From contig OZ024747.1 of NCBI GenBank assembly GCA_964016885.1, positions 62,001 to 126,000 of the forward strand: DNA of 64,000 nucleotides, given 5' to 3'. Below, one piece after another: positions 11,774-23,917 of this stretch (positions are counted from its first letter, which is position 1; each line of letters starts with the position of its first letter). The notes under the pieces are model-generated. The model was given only the letters and a program-made list of their open reading frames with translations, was not told where the DNA came from and made no database searches. Made by a program: the position numbers and the translations under genes. Origin of the DNA: Eledone cirrhosa (taxonomy: Eukaryota).

Positions 11774-13463
11774 CTTTCCAAGAAAATACAAGAAAAATCA
11801 ATAACTTTAAAATACATACAGCAAATATGTTTGAGACTTAAATAAAATATATATATACACACATACACAAAAATTGGTAACACAACAAAAAGTGCCCAAT
11901 CCACTCTGTAAGGTGGTCGTGCTGGTGTCATGACAAAAACCACCCAGTCCATACTGTAATGTGGTTGGTGTTGGGAAGGGCATCCAACCCAGAATATAGA
12001 TCTGTATGAGCAAGGTGTGAGTCACCTGATCAGACTTATCTCATAATACGACAACCAGTCTAATGCATGCAAAATGTTAACTGGAGATATCCACTTAGTT
12101 TTGACTAAAAAAGAAGCTTGATTGTTGTTATGATTATCAATCCTGTATTTATCAAATAAATACTATGTAAGTTCCAAGAAGTAAGCTCCAAAAGATTGGA
12201 AAATAACTGGCATCACAGAACATTATAAAATATATTTAAAGCAAAATCAAAGGCATCGAAAATAAGTATTGTAGTTTGGAAGGCCTTTTACATATACTTG
12301 GGAACATTTCATTTTGATTATTAGTTAACTTTTAAACATGAATTGACTATCCATGAAATGATGACTAACCACTGAGAAGGCTCTACCTGCTAGAAATAGC
12401 AACCATATCTCCCTAAAATCACACACATCTGAAAAAGAACACATTGGATAATGGAGTCTTGTGTTCCCTGCACATATGAAAAAGATGGAATGCGCATAGT
12501 TGTCAGAGGGTCCAGTAGAATGCTTGGCAGTATTTATGCCAGCTCTCTATACTCAGAGTTCAAATTCTGCTGGAGCCAACTTTGCCTTTCATCCTTCCAG
12601 GGACAATAAAATAACAGTCAAATACTGAGATAGATTCTTTTACTGTCAATTTCTTGTCACTGCAAAACATCAGTTTAAAATGCTTCCTCTGAATTAATCA
12701 GGAGTTGAGGGCAGAAGGCAAGACATACACTCCATATAAGCCAACTCTACAGGGACAGCCAAACAAGAATACAAATTTTACCATAATCCTCTGTAATCCA
12801 ATATTTCTGGTGTATGTGGTAACAGTTTTGGCAACAGGGTCAATAATGGACTCCTCAATGATACATATTCGACGCGTCCGTGACACAAACCTTTCGCCCC
12901 ATTTTGGCACAGGGTTTATTTTGGTCAACAAACGTTTGGTGTGGAGCTTTTGATCAACAATCTCTCTTGAGATCACATCTTCTGTCAAAACATGGTTGCT
13001 GAGAATAAAGAGCAGAAAAACTATTGACATTAGCAACAATTCACAAAAACAGGATTGTATGAGTATGTTAGATTGACATAAATAGGTGAACATACCAACA
13101 CAATAGAGGTGAACAGAGACATATGTGTGAATATAATACAACAGATGTGAACAAATTAACACAACAGAAATGAACATAACAACATAGCATAGGTGAACAT
13201 ATCAACAAAACAAAGGTGAACAGATTAACAGAGAGTGGGGCGATCATGTAGACAGATAAATATCCTTCTAAACAATCAATTATTGAACCATGAACTTCAT
13301 AATTTAACAGACATACAGACAGAAAAGTGAAAAATGACACATTTAAAAAAAAAATTTTAGAAAAAACTAACCTGTATGGATTTGGATAGCGTTGCCAAAA
13401 TGCAGAAGCTAATTGATCCCAGGAAAATTTAAAAATTTGAGTACCACTGTAATATTTCACCAT
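11435..13463 (-). CDS. PRELID1: PRELI domain-containing protein 1 (Ups1-like mitochondrial lipid transfer protein), join of 13463-13372, 12998-12782, 11773-11435; 215 aa
   Basis: Spliced translation MVKYYSGTQIFKFSWDQLASAFWQRYPNPYSNHVLTED...TTYTRNIGLQRIMQLEEKCTY...KLKETARKATELA matches the PRELI/MSF1 family as I recall it. Exons total 92+217+339=648 nt, in frame, with GT-AG introns. Confidence 0.93.
12782..12998 (-). CDS. PRELID1: PRELID1 coding exon 2
   Basis: Acceptor ctttattctcAG|CAACCAT, donor ATG|GTAAAA. Encodes NHVLTEDVISR...GLQRIM. Confidence 0.92.
13080..13232. repeat. Degenerate ~22-24-bp tandem repeat with GGTGAACA core, about 7 units, in PRELID1 intron
   Basis: Periodic (A)GGTGAACA / ATGTGAACA. 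Confidence 0.7.
13372..13463 (-). CDS. PRELID1: PRELID1 coding exon 1 (exon starts at 13489 with 5'UTR)
   Basis: ATG at 13463. Donor AG|GTTAGT at 13372/13371. Upstream acceptor ttttcccctttcAG ends at 13490. Confidence 0.92.
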
Positions 13464-13639
13464 AATCTTCTGATTGGAACTATGTGTCTCTGAAAGGGGA
13501 AAATATCAAAATTAGTGAAAGAATTCTCCAATGTAATTGTTGTTTAGCCACATGTCTTCATTGATCAAGCAGATATACAGTAGAAGGTATTCCAGAAGTA
13601 ACCATTCTATTTCTTTCAAGGATAGTATATGTAGAATTA

Positions 13640-14090
13640 CCGTATATACTCGAATATAAGCCATTTCATTTTATGTCTGAGAAATAGGTAAAAATCCAAA
13701 CCCTGTGTATAAGCCGAGGCAGTTAATCAACACATGATGTTTAGATGGTGCAATTTTGAAATTCATGAAGTTTTAACTTTTCTGATATTTAAAATGTTTC
13801 AAGTGTTGTTTAGAATATAGTTTTTATTTTACAACTCCATTGCGTAATGATTTTTTCCCAATTTCCGATCTTTTTAAAGGCAATATTCAATCAAAACATT
13901 ACAAAAATGAATTTCACATCAAAAGTGAAACCCGTGGAATATTCACCCTCAAACCGAAAATATTTTAGCACCTCATTTACATAGAATTTTGAAGTTAGTG
14001 AAAATCAGCAAAATATTTACATCGAATATAAGCCAACCCTCCAATCCCATTTTAACATCAATTATTTCTCAGCTTATAAAGAATATACGG
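13640..14090. mobile_element. pogo/Tc1-mariner-type MITE
   Basis: TA|CCGTATATACTCGAATATAAGC...GCTTATAAAGAATATACGG|TA. Confidence 0.8.
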
Positions 14091-15136
14091 TACATTATAG
14101 GGTCAACAGAAAGACTGTACTTTTCCTGTGAATGCTGCATGATAGAATGGTTTTAGATTCACTTTACCATTATGAGGTGGTCCCTGGTTTGATCCCACTA
14201 TGTGACATCTTGGAAAAGTGTATTTTACCTTAGCCTTGGGTCAACCCAAGCCTTGTGAGTGAAATTAGGTTAGACAGAAACTGCAGAAACCCATTGGAGG
14301 TGTAGTACCAGTAGAAAAAAAAACATTATTTTTGATTAAATGCCTCAGACAAATTGTTAGACAAATTAACTTCATCTTTAAAGAGGATTTCTTTTTCAGA
14401 TAGGTTTTATTTCTGATAGTTATCAAGTGACACAACAAAAAGTACCCAGTCCACTCTGCAACGTGGTCATGTTGGTGACATGACAAAAGAAAAAGCACTC
14501 AGTCTATCCTGTAGTATGTTCGTTTTGTTGACGACAAAAAGCACCCAGTCCACTCTATAAGGTGATCATACTCATGACGTGACAAAAAGAAATAAATAAA
14601 ACACCAACTCCACCAGCTTTGGTACCATAATATTAAAAGGCATTCAGTCCACACTGTAACATAGTTGTTACAGAGGTCATCGAGCCATAGAAACCAAGCC
14701 AAAATACAGATCCATATAAGCAAGGCATGGTAAACTGACCCAACTTGTTTTATAATGCAACAGGCCATCTAATCCCTGCAAGTGTGGAAAAATAAGATGT
14801 TAAACGATGATGATGTTTCAGGGTGTACCAAACTGAATTTGAACTAAGAAAGTAATAATGATATGGTTCATATTTCAAATTTAGTCAGGTAGCAGAAATA
14901 AGACACCTGATGATAATTAAAGATCAAATAGATGGAAACAATGGAGATGTGAATATTTCTTTTTAAATGTTTGAGGTTAACTGTCTGACAAACTTATGGT
15001 TTAATCCGAGACTAAATGGCTTCAGTGATAGACTAATTGTAGCCATTAAAACACACACACCTTCATAGTCATTAATAATGGAATTTGTAAAATAAACGAA
15101 GTTTGTATTCCCTAAGGGGTCAGAGTACCTATCATT

Positions 15137-16290
15137 AAATCACCCAAGGCATAATTACATTTTCAAGAAAATGCCTCACATTCACTTTGGCCGTCATCAG
15201 ACAGTGTCCAACATTGATTAGGTGTTTCAACCCTCAACCATAACACCCTCTCACTGCCTATCTTCACCTCCTGGCTTCTAGCTTATATTTACTCTCCTGC
15301 TCCAAAACCGACAAGAGGCCTTTTCTGCGGCCTCCCCCATCCTGAGAACTGCAACCTTCTCACTTCCTATCATTCCAATGGCAGTGAGCTGGGAATCCCC
15401 TGCAGCCCACCTCGACTTGAAATAGCCATGCCTGTCAAGCTTACTCTCTACATTCCTGCACAAGTTATTGATATTGGCACTCTTTCGCTGAAAGGTGTTG
15501 CCACACTCTTCTTCCCATGGGACTGAAAGTTCAATCAGGATTATCTTTTTTATCCTTTTAGACCAATATACCACATCTGGCCTCAGGGATGTTTGAACAA
15601 CCAAGGGGAACTGCAACCTACCTCCCAGATCAACCCTCATATCCCATAATTGGGCCATTTGTAGTAGACTACATGTTGTTCTGTGATAGATAGCTTCTCT
15701 TCCTCTTTCACAAACCTGATTGATATTATCAGTTTCTTGTGTTTGATGTTCCCTACATCTTTCTTGGTTCAGATTGTTGGCAAGCACCATGAGCATCTTA
15801 TCATGACACCATCTATATCTCCCTTGATCAAGAGTTGTCTTACACCCTGATAAAATGTCTACCATGGTGCCTCTTTTTCCACAGAGCCTACACAATTCAT
15901 CCTCCCTCATGCCCCACCTGTACAAATTTGTTGGAGTTGGTAGCATATCATAAACCGATCACAACAGAAAGGAGATTCAGAAAGGTCCCAATCTCCATAA
16001 ATCTGCCCAAGTAATCGTCCTATTGAGGAGGTTCCATTTAGTGCAGGCTTCCTGAGATGCTAGTTCCACAGCCCTTGATTTCTGTTTTTCCTCCTCCTGC
16101 TGCCACACTTCTTCCTGGATTATGGTGTTTCTCTTTTTGTCTGCTTTTCTCCATAGTTGGAAATGGGAAGTTCCAAGGCCCTCTCTACCCATGTATGCTT
16201 GTGCGAGAGAAGCATCAACTGCCCATTTACATCCTGATCTTATAGTGACACCTGCATCTTTGATTTGTGCTTCTTGTGAGTCTTTAAACA
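15137..16290 (-). mobile_element. HERO-clade non-LTR retrotransposon 3' fragment (zinc knuckle + restriction-like endonuclease)
   Basis: LPTPTNLYRWG, CRLCGKRGT..ILSGC, QGRYRW, RPDVVYWS, IELSVPWEE motifs. Confidence 0.8.
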
Positions 16291-16544
16291 ATATCCTGAA
16301 TAGATGAATGTACAGAGAGTTGGAACAAATATCACAATATATTCTATCTGATGTATTAGTCATCCTGTCAACCCCTTGACTAAGTAGATTACAGAATTTT
16401 CTGGATTTCATTAGCTTAGCATGCTAAGCTACAGATTGCAACTAAATGAGAGTTAAATAGGTGAAAGCAGATTTAAAGATTAAGACATTAAAAAGCTAAC
16501 ATATATGAAAGGAAGTGGTAAAGGTAACTATTCGTAGCTATATA

Positions 16545-16690
16545 TATGGGTAGATCTGACTTCTTTATTCTTTCCATTTTGTTCATTGCAGCCCAGACTT
16601 TGGAAATTCTAATGCCAATGTCTTTTTTTAATGAACTCATCCAGCTGCCCAAATATAGAAAATCAACTATCTGCCATCCAGTGTGACAAG
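16545..16690 (-). mobile_element. RTE-group LINE fragment
   Basis: DFLYLGSWMSSLKKDIGIRISKVWAAMNKM. Matches 26230-26400. Confidence 0.65.
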
Positions 16691-17610
16691 ATACCACAAA
16701 AGTAAGAAAAAATAACATGCTGAATAAGTTATCAAAATAGTATATGATATATGTAAAACTGACAGTTAGACATGTATGAGTTATGTGTGTACGTGTACAA
16801 TATATTTTGCACATATCAACTATATTTATATTCATTGAGTCTCTACATTTCATCATCATCATTATCGTTTAACGTCTATCTTCCACGCTAGCATGGGTTA
16901 GACGGGAGTTGTCCCAATTTGAGGCAAGGTTGGTTGGGTGACCGTGGCACACTCGTATAAGACTATCTGGCAGGTTTTCTACGGCTGGATGCCCTTCCTA
17001 ACACCAACCACATTTAAAGTGTGGACTGTGTTTCAATATGCATTGATCATCTCTAAGTCTTGCCAACTGAGTTGAATATGCTTCGCTGAAGAGATCGAAT
17101 AAGGTCGAAACTGTCAGTAAAAAAAATTCGATTTGCTAATATCATTGGAGTTATCGCTCTTGTATGTTGTTTTGTATTGTAAACACACCTAGAGAGAGTT
17201 TCTAACAACTAATTACATAGTTATTCTAAGTAAATCGAAGATTTTCCGTCCACTAAATTACGTGATAGTCTACTGTATGTACACTGAGGCTATTTCGTTT
17301 TGGATATATAGAATAACAGGCAAAAAACAAATTAAAGGGGAAAAACTCGAAAATAACATAGAAGTGTATTAAAAGAGCAAGTGTTGAGGGAGCCTTAAAC
17401 AAGTTTTTTTTTTCTGAGATTCATCCCGCCGTGTTATCTTGTTGAGTTAATTTATTGATTGGCAATAATTGACTACAAACAATGTCTGTGGAGGTGCAAG
17501 TCAGTATCGAAAACTTTACAAATAAATCCTTCGGGTGAAAATTTCGCAAATATTTCATTTAATCGATTTTAAAAAAATACAAAAAGTCGAAGATTTCCAT
17601 CGAAAAATTA

Positions 17611-17750
17611 GATGGAGGCGGCGAATTGGCAGAGTCGTTAGAACGTCGGATAGAATACTTTATGGTATTCGTTTCGGCTCTCTGAGTTCAACTTTGCCTT
17701 TCATTCTTTAGAGGTCGAAAACAAAAGTACCAGTCTCGTACTAGGATTGA
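17611..17750 (+). mobile_element. tRNA-derived SINE family 2 (other copies near 4325, 9700, 10555, 12505, 28352, 30820, 30932, 31335, 44277, 47085, 62350)
   Basis: Recurrent CTGAGTTCAAATCC...AACTTTGCCTTTCATCC..GGGGTCGATAAAATAAAGTACCAG. Confidence 0.75.
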
Positions 17751-18574
17751 TTCTTCCTCTATATCTCTTCCTCATTCTCTCTCTCGCACTTTCTATCTTT
17801 CTCTGGAAGAAATCTGCCGTAATCAGGTCTGGGCTTCGCCAGACTTAAAATGCCCCCAAAACGCCATATGTCAATACGGCGCCCCTACAACTCTACCGGG
17901 AGTTACGGGACTATACCATACCGTATCCCTAATGCAAAACACCCCTGGCTTATTTGAGCAGAGCTTATGATCAAGGGCGCTCTAGCCGTAACCAACCTGT
18001 CTTTTAAATACCATTGACCAACGAATTCTTCCTTTTTTTGATAATGTGATTTGAGGTAGATTTAACAGCTATTTCTAGCAATTCAAATGTCGCTTACAAG
18101 TCGAGAGTTGTGTATGTATGAAGGTGGATAGTGTTGAAAACACGTGTTTAAGTGAACTAATTTTTAAGGATATATTTTATATGTGAGGGTGTATTGATTT
18201 TTTTTTTCAGGCTTTGTGTTCATGTCTCTTTCTATTTAAAAATTTGACTGCTATTTTTAGCACATCGAACGACTACCTAGGGCGTGGCTTAGTCAATGTA
18301 TATATGGATACGTTGTGTGTGTGTTTTAATTTAATGTAAGTTTGTATATAATTGATAGTATAGTTTCAGCTAAGCATTTTCTGTAGCTGGCCCCATGTGA
18401 CTTTTAACTCAAACGTTTGCAGTTTCGTATAAATTTTAGCAATATAATTCGATATTTACAAGCCTGCATCACTGCACGCATATGTCTGTGTTCTGTTTAC
18501 CAACTTCCATTCACAACATACTGGACAACTCGAGGCAACAGTAAAAACACTTGCCTATGGTGGCAGGCAGTAAA

Positions 18575-19340
18575 TACTTGTGGTCGCGCATCACACGGAG
18601 CTAAACCTCATTCTGAAGAGAGCTTTGGCCCGTGCGAATATCGCCTCAGTCTTGGAACCATCTGGGTTATCCAGAAGTGACGGCAAAAGATCTGACGGTC
18701 TTAGCCTGTGCCCCTGGTCGAGAGGCAGGTGCCTTGTCTGGGACGTCACTGTTAGTGACTCTTTTGCTCTTCCCCACATCCTGGATGCTGCGGTTAGGAC
18801 GAGAGCCACAGCTTCTTCAGCCGAGCGGAGTAAGACCCTCAAATACTCTGATCTGTCGGCCAGCTACATTTTTCAGCCTGTGGTTTTCGAGACGTTTGGG
18901 GGAGTCGGGCCGCTGACTGCGAGGTTTCTTTCCTCACTGGCGGCTCGCTTAATAGAGATGACTGGCGAATCTCGCGAGGGTGCTTGGCTGTTTCAGCGCA
19001 TCAGCCTCGCCATCACCCGAGGCAACGTTGCGAGTGTGCTGGCTTGCCTCAAAAATCTAGAGAGGTTGCCCAGTACTCGCGACATTGCTGTCTTTTGCTT
19101 TGGTGTTGGCTCCGTTGTTCACCCCTTCCTTTACATTTTCTTTAATATTGTAGCATTGAAGGAATATATCTTTCATTATATCATCCTTTGTAGTGTTACC
19201 GAGGCATTTGTAATGTTATTTATGTATATATTTAAAACATATTTGTTATGTTATTCTACTGTAAATTTATTTGTTTGTATTTTCATTCTGAAGGAATTGC
19301 AAACGATTTGTAATGTTGTTTGTGCAACTATGAATAAAAT
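18575..19340 (+). mobile_element. CRE-clade non-LTR retrotransposon 3' end (restriction-like endonuclease)
   Basis: EPSGLSRSDGKRSDG, LVWDVTV, FETFG, QRISLAITRGN motifs. AATAAA at 19333 followed by (TA)n. Confidence 0.78.
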
Positions 19341-19341
19341 T

Positions 19342-19398
<57 letters not shown>

Positions 19399-19998
19399 GT
19401 ATTTCAGGTCAGTCCTGGTTGAGCAGACATGTGATAAAAGACGTTCCAGGCGTGGTTATCCGGTCATATGTGTAGCTAAGACCACATTGTCAAATGATAC
19501 TTTGTCTTTTTTCTTCATCGGGGGTCATTTAAAATTAGATCTGGCTGCTATTTCTAGGAAGTTGAGTGCTCGTATATAAATTCTCTACGTTGACTTCGCC
19601 CCCCCCCCCCCCCCCCAAAAAAAACAACAACTAATCCCCATCACCATTTTAAACAACGATAATTAGAAGAGACTTTCACAATATATCATCTTATATTCAT
19701 CAACAGTTTGATAAAGATCTCAGGTTTTCATGTGTACGTAATTAGCGGGTCCCAGTGCACGACCCGGCATCTTTTACCATTTCGTTGAAAAGTCGTTTTT
19801 GTTTGTTTTTTCTCCCTATGCCCTTGGGAGTGGAATGAAAGTCACAATCTCTCATGTTCTTTATTCCTAACAAAAACCAGTTGTCTTGATTATAAATGTC
19901 ATTAAAGTTAACAAATGCCTCATTTTTTTTGTTTTTGTTTTTTTCTATAACTAATGATATATAAATTTAAAAAAATATATAAATAAAATAAAACTTAC

Positions 19999-20145
19999 CG
20001 AAAATTTGGTTTACATTCGATTCAATATATTATATTAATATATTGTTGATGTTTGTTTCGGTTATGAAAAGTAATCCTGATTCACATACAGAAATGTTAT
20101 AAAGACTGCTCGGTCTACAATTTAGCCATTAACCTGCTGACGTCA
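19999..20145 (-). promoter_or_regulatory. Candidate PRELID1 non-coding first exon and promoter with CRE
   Basis: Consensus donor CG|GTAAGT at 19999/19998 on the minus strand. Perfect CRE TGACGTCA at 20138-20145. Coding exon 1 has an acceptor, so an upstream exon is expected. Confidence 0.45.
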
Positions 20146-20475
20146 CAATCAAGGGGGAGACAATAAGGTACTGCACCTAATTTAGTAAATCATTTCGTTT
20201 GGTAACTGTTTTGCAGGGGTTTTCTATATAAATAAAAGTCGATTCGTGTCTGTCCATATGTCAGTACACTCGTGAGATGGTTAAAACGAAGGAAGGGGGA
20301 TGGTGAGAATTCTACGGCGAAAAACTAAAACAGCATTTCAATTTTTGCACAAAGCTCTGTGTGAGTATGTGTGAATGTATGAGTGTGTAAAAGGGAGGAA
20401 GGGGGAGGGTATAAACAAAAGTATGCTCTCTGTAAGTGTATGTTTCCAAAGGAGAATGAACTCATGAGTAAATAA

Positions 20476-20608
20476 TTATCATCATCATTGTCAACATCGT
20501 CGTCATTATCATCGTTGTCATCATCATTATCATCATCATCATCGTCATTATCATGATTGTCATCATCATCATCATCCACATCATCATCATCACTATCATC
20601 ATCATCAT
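20476..20608. repeat. Imperfect (ATC)n microsatellite
   Basis: Direct reading. Confidence 0.95.
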
Positions 20609-20625
20609 CTTAAGATTTTGATGAG

Positions 20626-21273
20626 GGACAGTATGGCACTGGGAACAAGATGGTAAAATATGGAAATGCGGAGATAGGGTGGCAGACTATGGCGCCACGG
20701 AGCTAGGGTGGCACACTATGGCACTGGGAAGCTTGAGTGACATAGTATAACAATATGGAACTATGAGGGCAACCCCCTAGAATGGCACGCTTTGGAACTG
20801 GGCAGCTAGAGTGAAGCAGTATGGCACTGCAGAGCTAGAGTTGCACACTATGAAACTGGAGCTTGAGTGACACAGTAAGGAAATAAGGAACTAGAGTGGT
20901 AAAGTATGGCAATGGAGAGATAGTGTAGGAGAAGTATGGCACTTTGAAGCTAGAGTGCCGCAGTATGGCACTGCGAAGCTATGGTGACACATTATGGTAC
21001 TGGGAAGTTTGAGTGACACAGTTTGGAAATATGAAACTAGAGGTCGCAGTATGGCAATGGGGAAATAGGGTGACAAATACGGCACTTAAGATTAAGGTGT
21101 CGCACTATGGCACAGGGGAGCTAGAGTAGGACACTATGGAACTGAGGAGCTTCAGTGACACAGTATGGAAATAGTGAGCTGAGGTGACCCGTTATGGCAA
21201 TGGGGAGATATGGCACTTTGAAGCTTGGGTGCCGCATGATGACACTACGGATCTAGGTGAAGCAGTATGGCAC
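20626..21273. repeat. 29-bp minisatellite, about 22 diverged units, consensus TATGGCACTGGGAAGCTAGAGTGACACAG
   Basis: TATGGCA recurs at about 29-nt spacing. Confidence 0.9.
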
Positions 21274-21420
21274 TTTTTCTCTGATACTAATGCTTCTGCC
21301 AAGACAACATGACTTATCTCCCGTGATACTATTGTTTGTGCTAAGACTTGACATATCTCCCTTGGTACTAATACTTGACAAGGCAACATGATTTACCTCC
21401 CCTGACATTACTGCTTCCGC
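21274..21420. repeat. ~40-bp degenerate tandem repeat, about 3.5 units
   Basis: CTCCC.TGATACTA..GCTT...CAAGACAACATGA recurs. Confidence 0.65.
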
Positions 21421-21633
21421 GGGTATAAAAAGTTCAGGGTAGTCGTTTTTCACATACCAGTCGACCAAGTCACATTTTAAACATTATCGTAAGTTCTTGT
21501 GATCTGTCACATCACCAAAGTGTCTCTACAATAGAGAGTGTGTGTTTGTTTAGTGGGAGAGGGAGATAGGTAGAGAAAAAGGGAGATACAGAGAGGGAGG
21601 GGAGAGAGAGGGCATAGATAGATTGATAGAGGG

Positions 21634-21972
21634 TCATCATCATTTCATCATCATCATTTCATTTTACATCCACTTTTCCCTGCTTGCAAGGGTGGGACGG
21701 GAACTGATTCTGGCTTGATTTCTACAGCTGGATGCCCTTCCTAACACCAACCTCATTTACAGTGAGTGCTGGGTGCTTTTTTGCCGTGGCACCTCCACGA
21801 CCACTTTGCAGTGGAATGATAGGGACCCCAGTCCCTATCATCTCATTTCTACAGCTGAGTAAACTGGAGCAATGTGAAATAAAGTGCCTTACTCAAGGAA
21901 ACAACTCATCGCCCGGTCTGAGAATTTAACTCACAACCTTTCGAATGCAAGGCCACTAAGTCATGTGCCTCC
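21634..21972 (-). mobile_element. tRNA-derived SINE (same family as 283-613)
   Basis: Collinear near-identity to 283-613. Confidence 0.85.
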
Positions 21973-22130
21973 AGGGTATATATGTATATATAGGAGAGAG
22001 AGGATGAATTGACCCCAGTATTGGACTGGTACATTATTTCTTGATTTTAGAAGGATGATAAGGCATGATGAACTCAGCCATATTTAAAAAGGGGTAGAAT
22101 AAAAATAACACACACACATATATATATATA

Positions 22131-23385
22131 TCATCATCATCATCACGCATGGGTTAGACGGGTTGTCCTGTTGTGGGCAGTGTCTGGACGGCTGACCTTG
22201 TCTTGCTCATACAGGAACTGATTCTGGCTTGATTTCTACAGCTGGGTGTGTTTTTGCCGTGGCACCTCCACGACCACTCTGCAGTGGGAGGGTGTGGGGG
22301 CATATTGTCTATATGCTTCAGCTTCGGCTTGTACCCATGGGAGGTCGGGTACTATGTATTACTGCGTGATGCCAGAGGTCACAGTCATGTGTCATCGCCT
22401 TTGAGAGGTGTAATTGGGTAAGGTCGGCTTTTAACACCTCATCCCAGGTCTTCTTGGGTCTCCCCACTCCGCGGTTTCCATTCACTTCTAGTGCTCTGCA
22501 CCTTTTTATGCAGCTGTCATCCTTCATACGCATCACATGTCCATACCAACGCAACCGCCTCTCCTGCACACAGCATTTGATTCCTCTTATGCTCAATCTC
22601 TCTCTCAATTCATTTATGCTTTGCCATTCGCGTATATTACTATTACACATCCATCGGAGCATGCAGGCTTCGTTTCTTTCTAATCTACATAAGTCTTCCA
22701 CCTTCAGCGCCCAGGTCTCACTACTATGTAATAATGCTGTTCGTATACATGCATCATACAGTCTGCCTTTCATTTTGAGGGAAAAGACTTCATTCTTAAT
22801 TAAGCTTCCTGAGATCCCGCTACATCTCTTGTGTACCCATTGTTTGCATTTGGGGCAGAGAATGGAGTTCCTACCTACACCTTTCCTACATACTGGGCAA
22901 GGCCATTTCCCTGAGGGGATCTGGGTTCTGCTTTCTCGTCTACTTACAAGGACCTTAGTCTTTGTCAGGTTGATTTTGCGACCCTTTCTTTCTAGTCCCT
23001 GCTTCCAAGTTTGGAATTTCTTCTCTAGTTCTACCATAGATTCAGCTATAAGTTTGAGGTCATCTGCATACAGGAGTTCCCATGGGCATCTAGTCTTAAA
23101 CTCCTCCGTTATTGCCTGCAGGACTATGATGAACAGGAGAGGGCTAAGAACAGAGCCCTGGTGGACACCGACCTGTACGCTAAATTCCTCGCTATACTCA
23201 TTGCTAATCCTAACTTTGCTGACTGTTCCCCTATACATGGCTTGTACAGCTTTCACAAGCCATTCATCTACTCCTAGTTTTCTAAGAGCTCACCAGATTA
23301 TAGCACGTGGAACTCTGTCAAAGGCTTTCTTGAGATCGATGAATGCCAGGTAGAGTGGCTTACTTTTAGCTAGGTACTTTTCCTG
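22131..23385 (-). mobile_element. RTE LINE 3' part (RT C-terminal half, 3'UTR, CAT tail)
   Basis: ORF 23256-22318 with [28 protein letters not shown]. Confidence 0.92.
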
Positions 23386-23917
23386 AAAAAAAAAATATAT
23401 ATATATATAATTATGGATTGAGAGGAGGGGCTGTGTGGTTACTGATAACGAGTGTTAGAAGGTAAGGAGACACAAACAAGAGATGGACAGTCTCCCTACG
23501 TCACTAGTTTACTACGGATCACGGATGTTTTGCCACATTATAAACTATACATCTATCCATAGGATGCCCATATCCTTTTATCTATCAAAAGGCCATGGTA
23601 TATATAATATAATATGCATTAGTACATAAATATACATATGAAATATATGAAAACTATAAATAAATATATATATAAAACATTTTTTTTTAAATTCACCAAA
23701 TCATAATTAAAAGGTTCATACTAATAGTTTTTATATTCATCCATCTGCACAATTGCACTGTAAGGACTTCTTTTTCAGAATATATGATCTTCATGTGAAC
23801 AAGGGATTAGTTCTATGGTACCACCACACATCCAAATCTATGGAAAAAAAAAGGATGTTTGTGTAAAAAGAAAAAAAGAAAAATGATTCAGCAAAACATA
23901 GATTAAAGCTCTGACAT

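Noticed and set aside
17824-17948. GC-richer segment with CAGG...CCTG ends as a hAT MITE
   Set aside because: Only 4 bp of terminal complementarity and no matching 8-bp TSD.
19060-19422. Hydrophobic membrane-like C-terminus of the 280-aa ORF at 18580
   Set aside because: It is read-through into the T-rich 3'UTR and (TA)n of the CRE element.
20325-20579. Poly-Asp ORF
   Set aside because: It is the reverse translation of an (ATC)n microsatellite.
20626-21273. CRISPR-like regularly spaced repeats
   Set aside because: Units are contiguous diverged monomers with no unique spacers, there are no cas genes, and the context is eukaryotic.
22454-23353. 299-aa plus-strand ORF (and similar ORFs at 45250, 45629, 46085, 48081)
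   Set aside because: These are antisense shadows of RTE LINE coding sequence.
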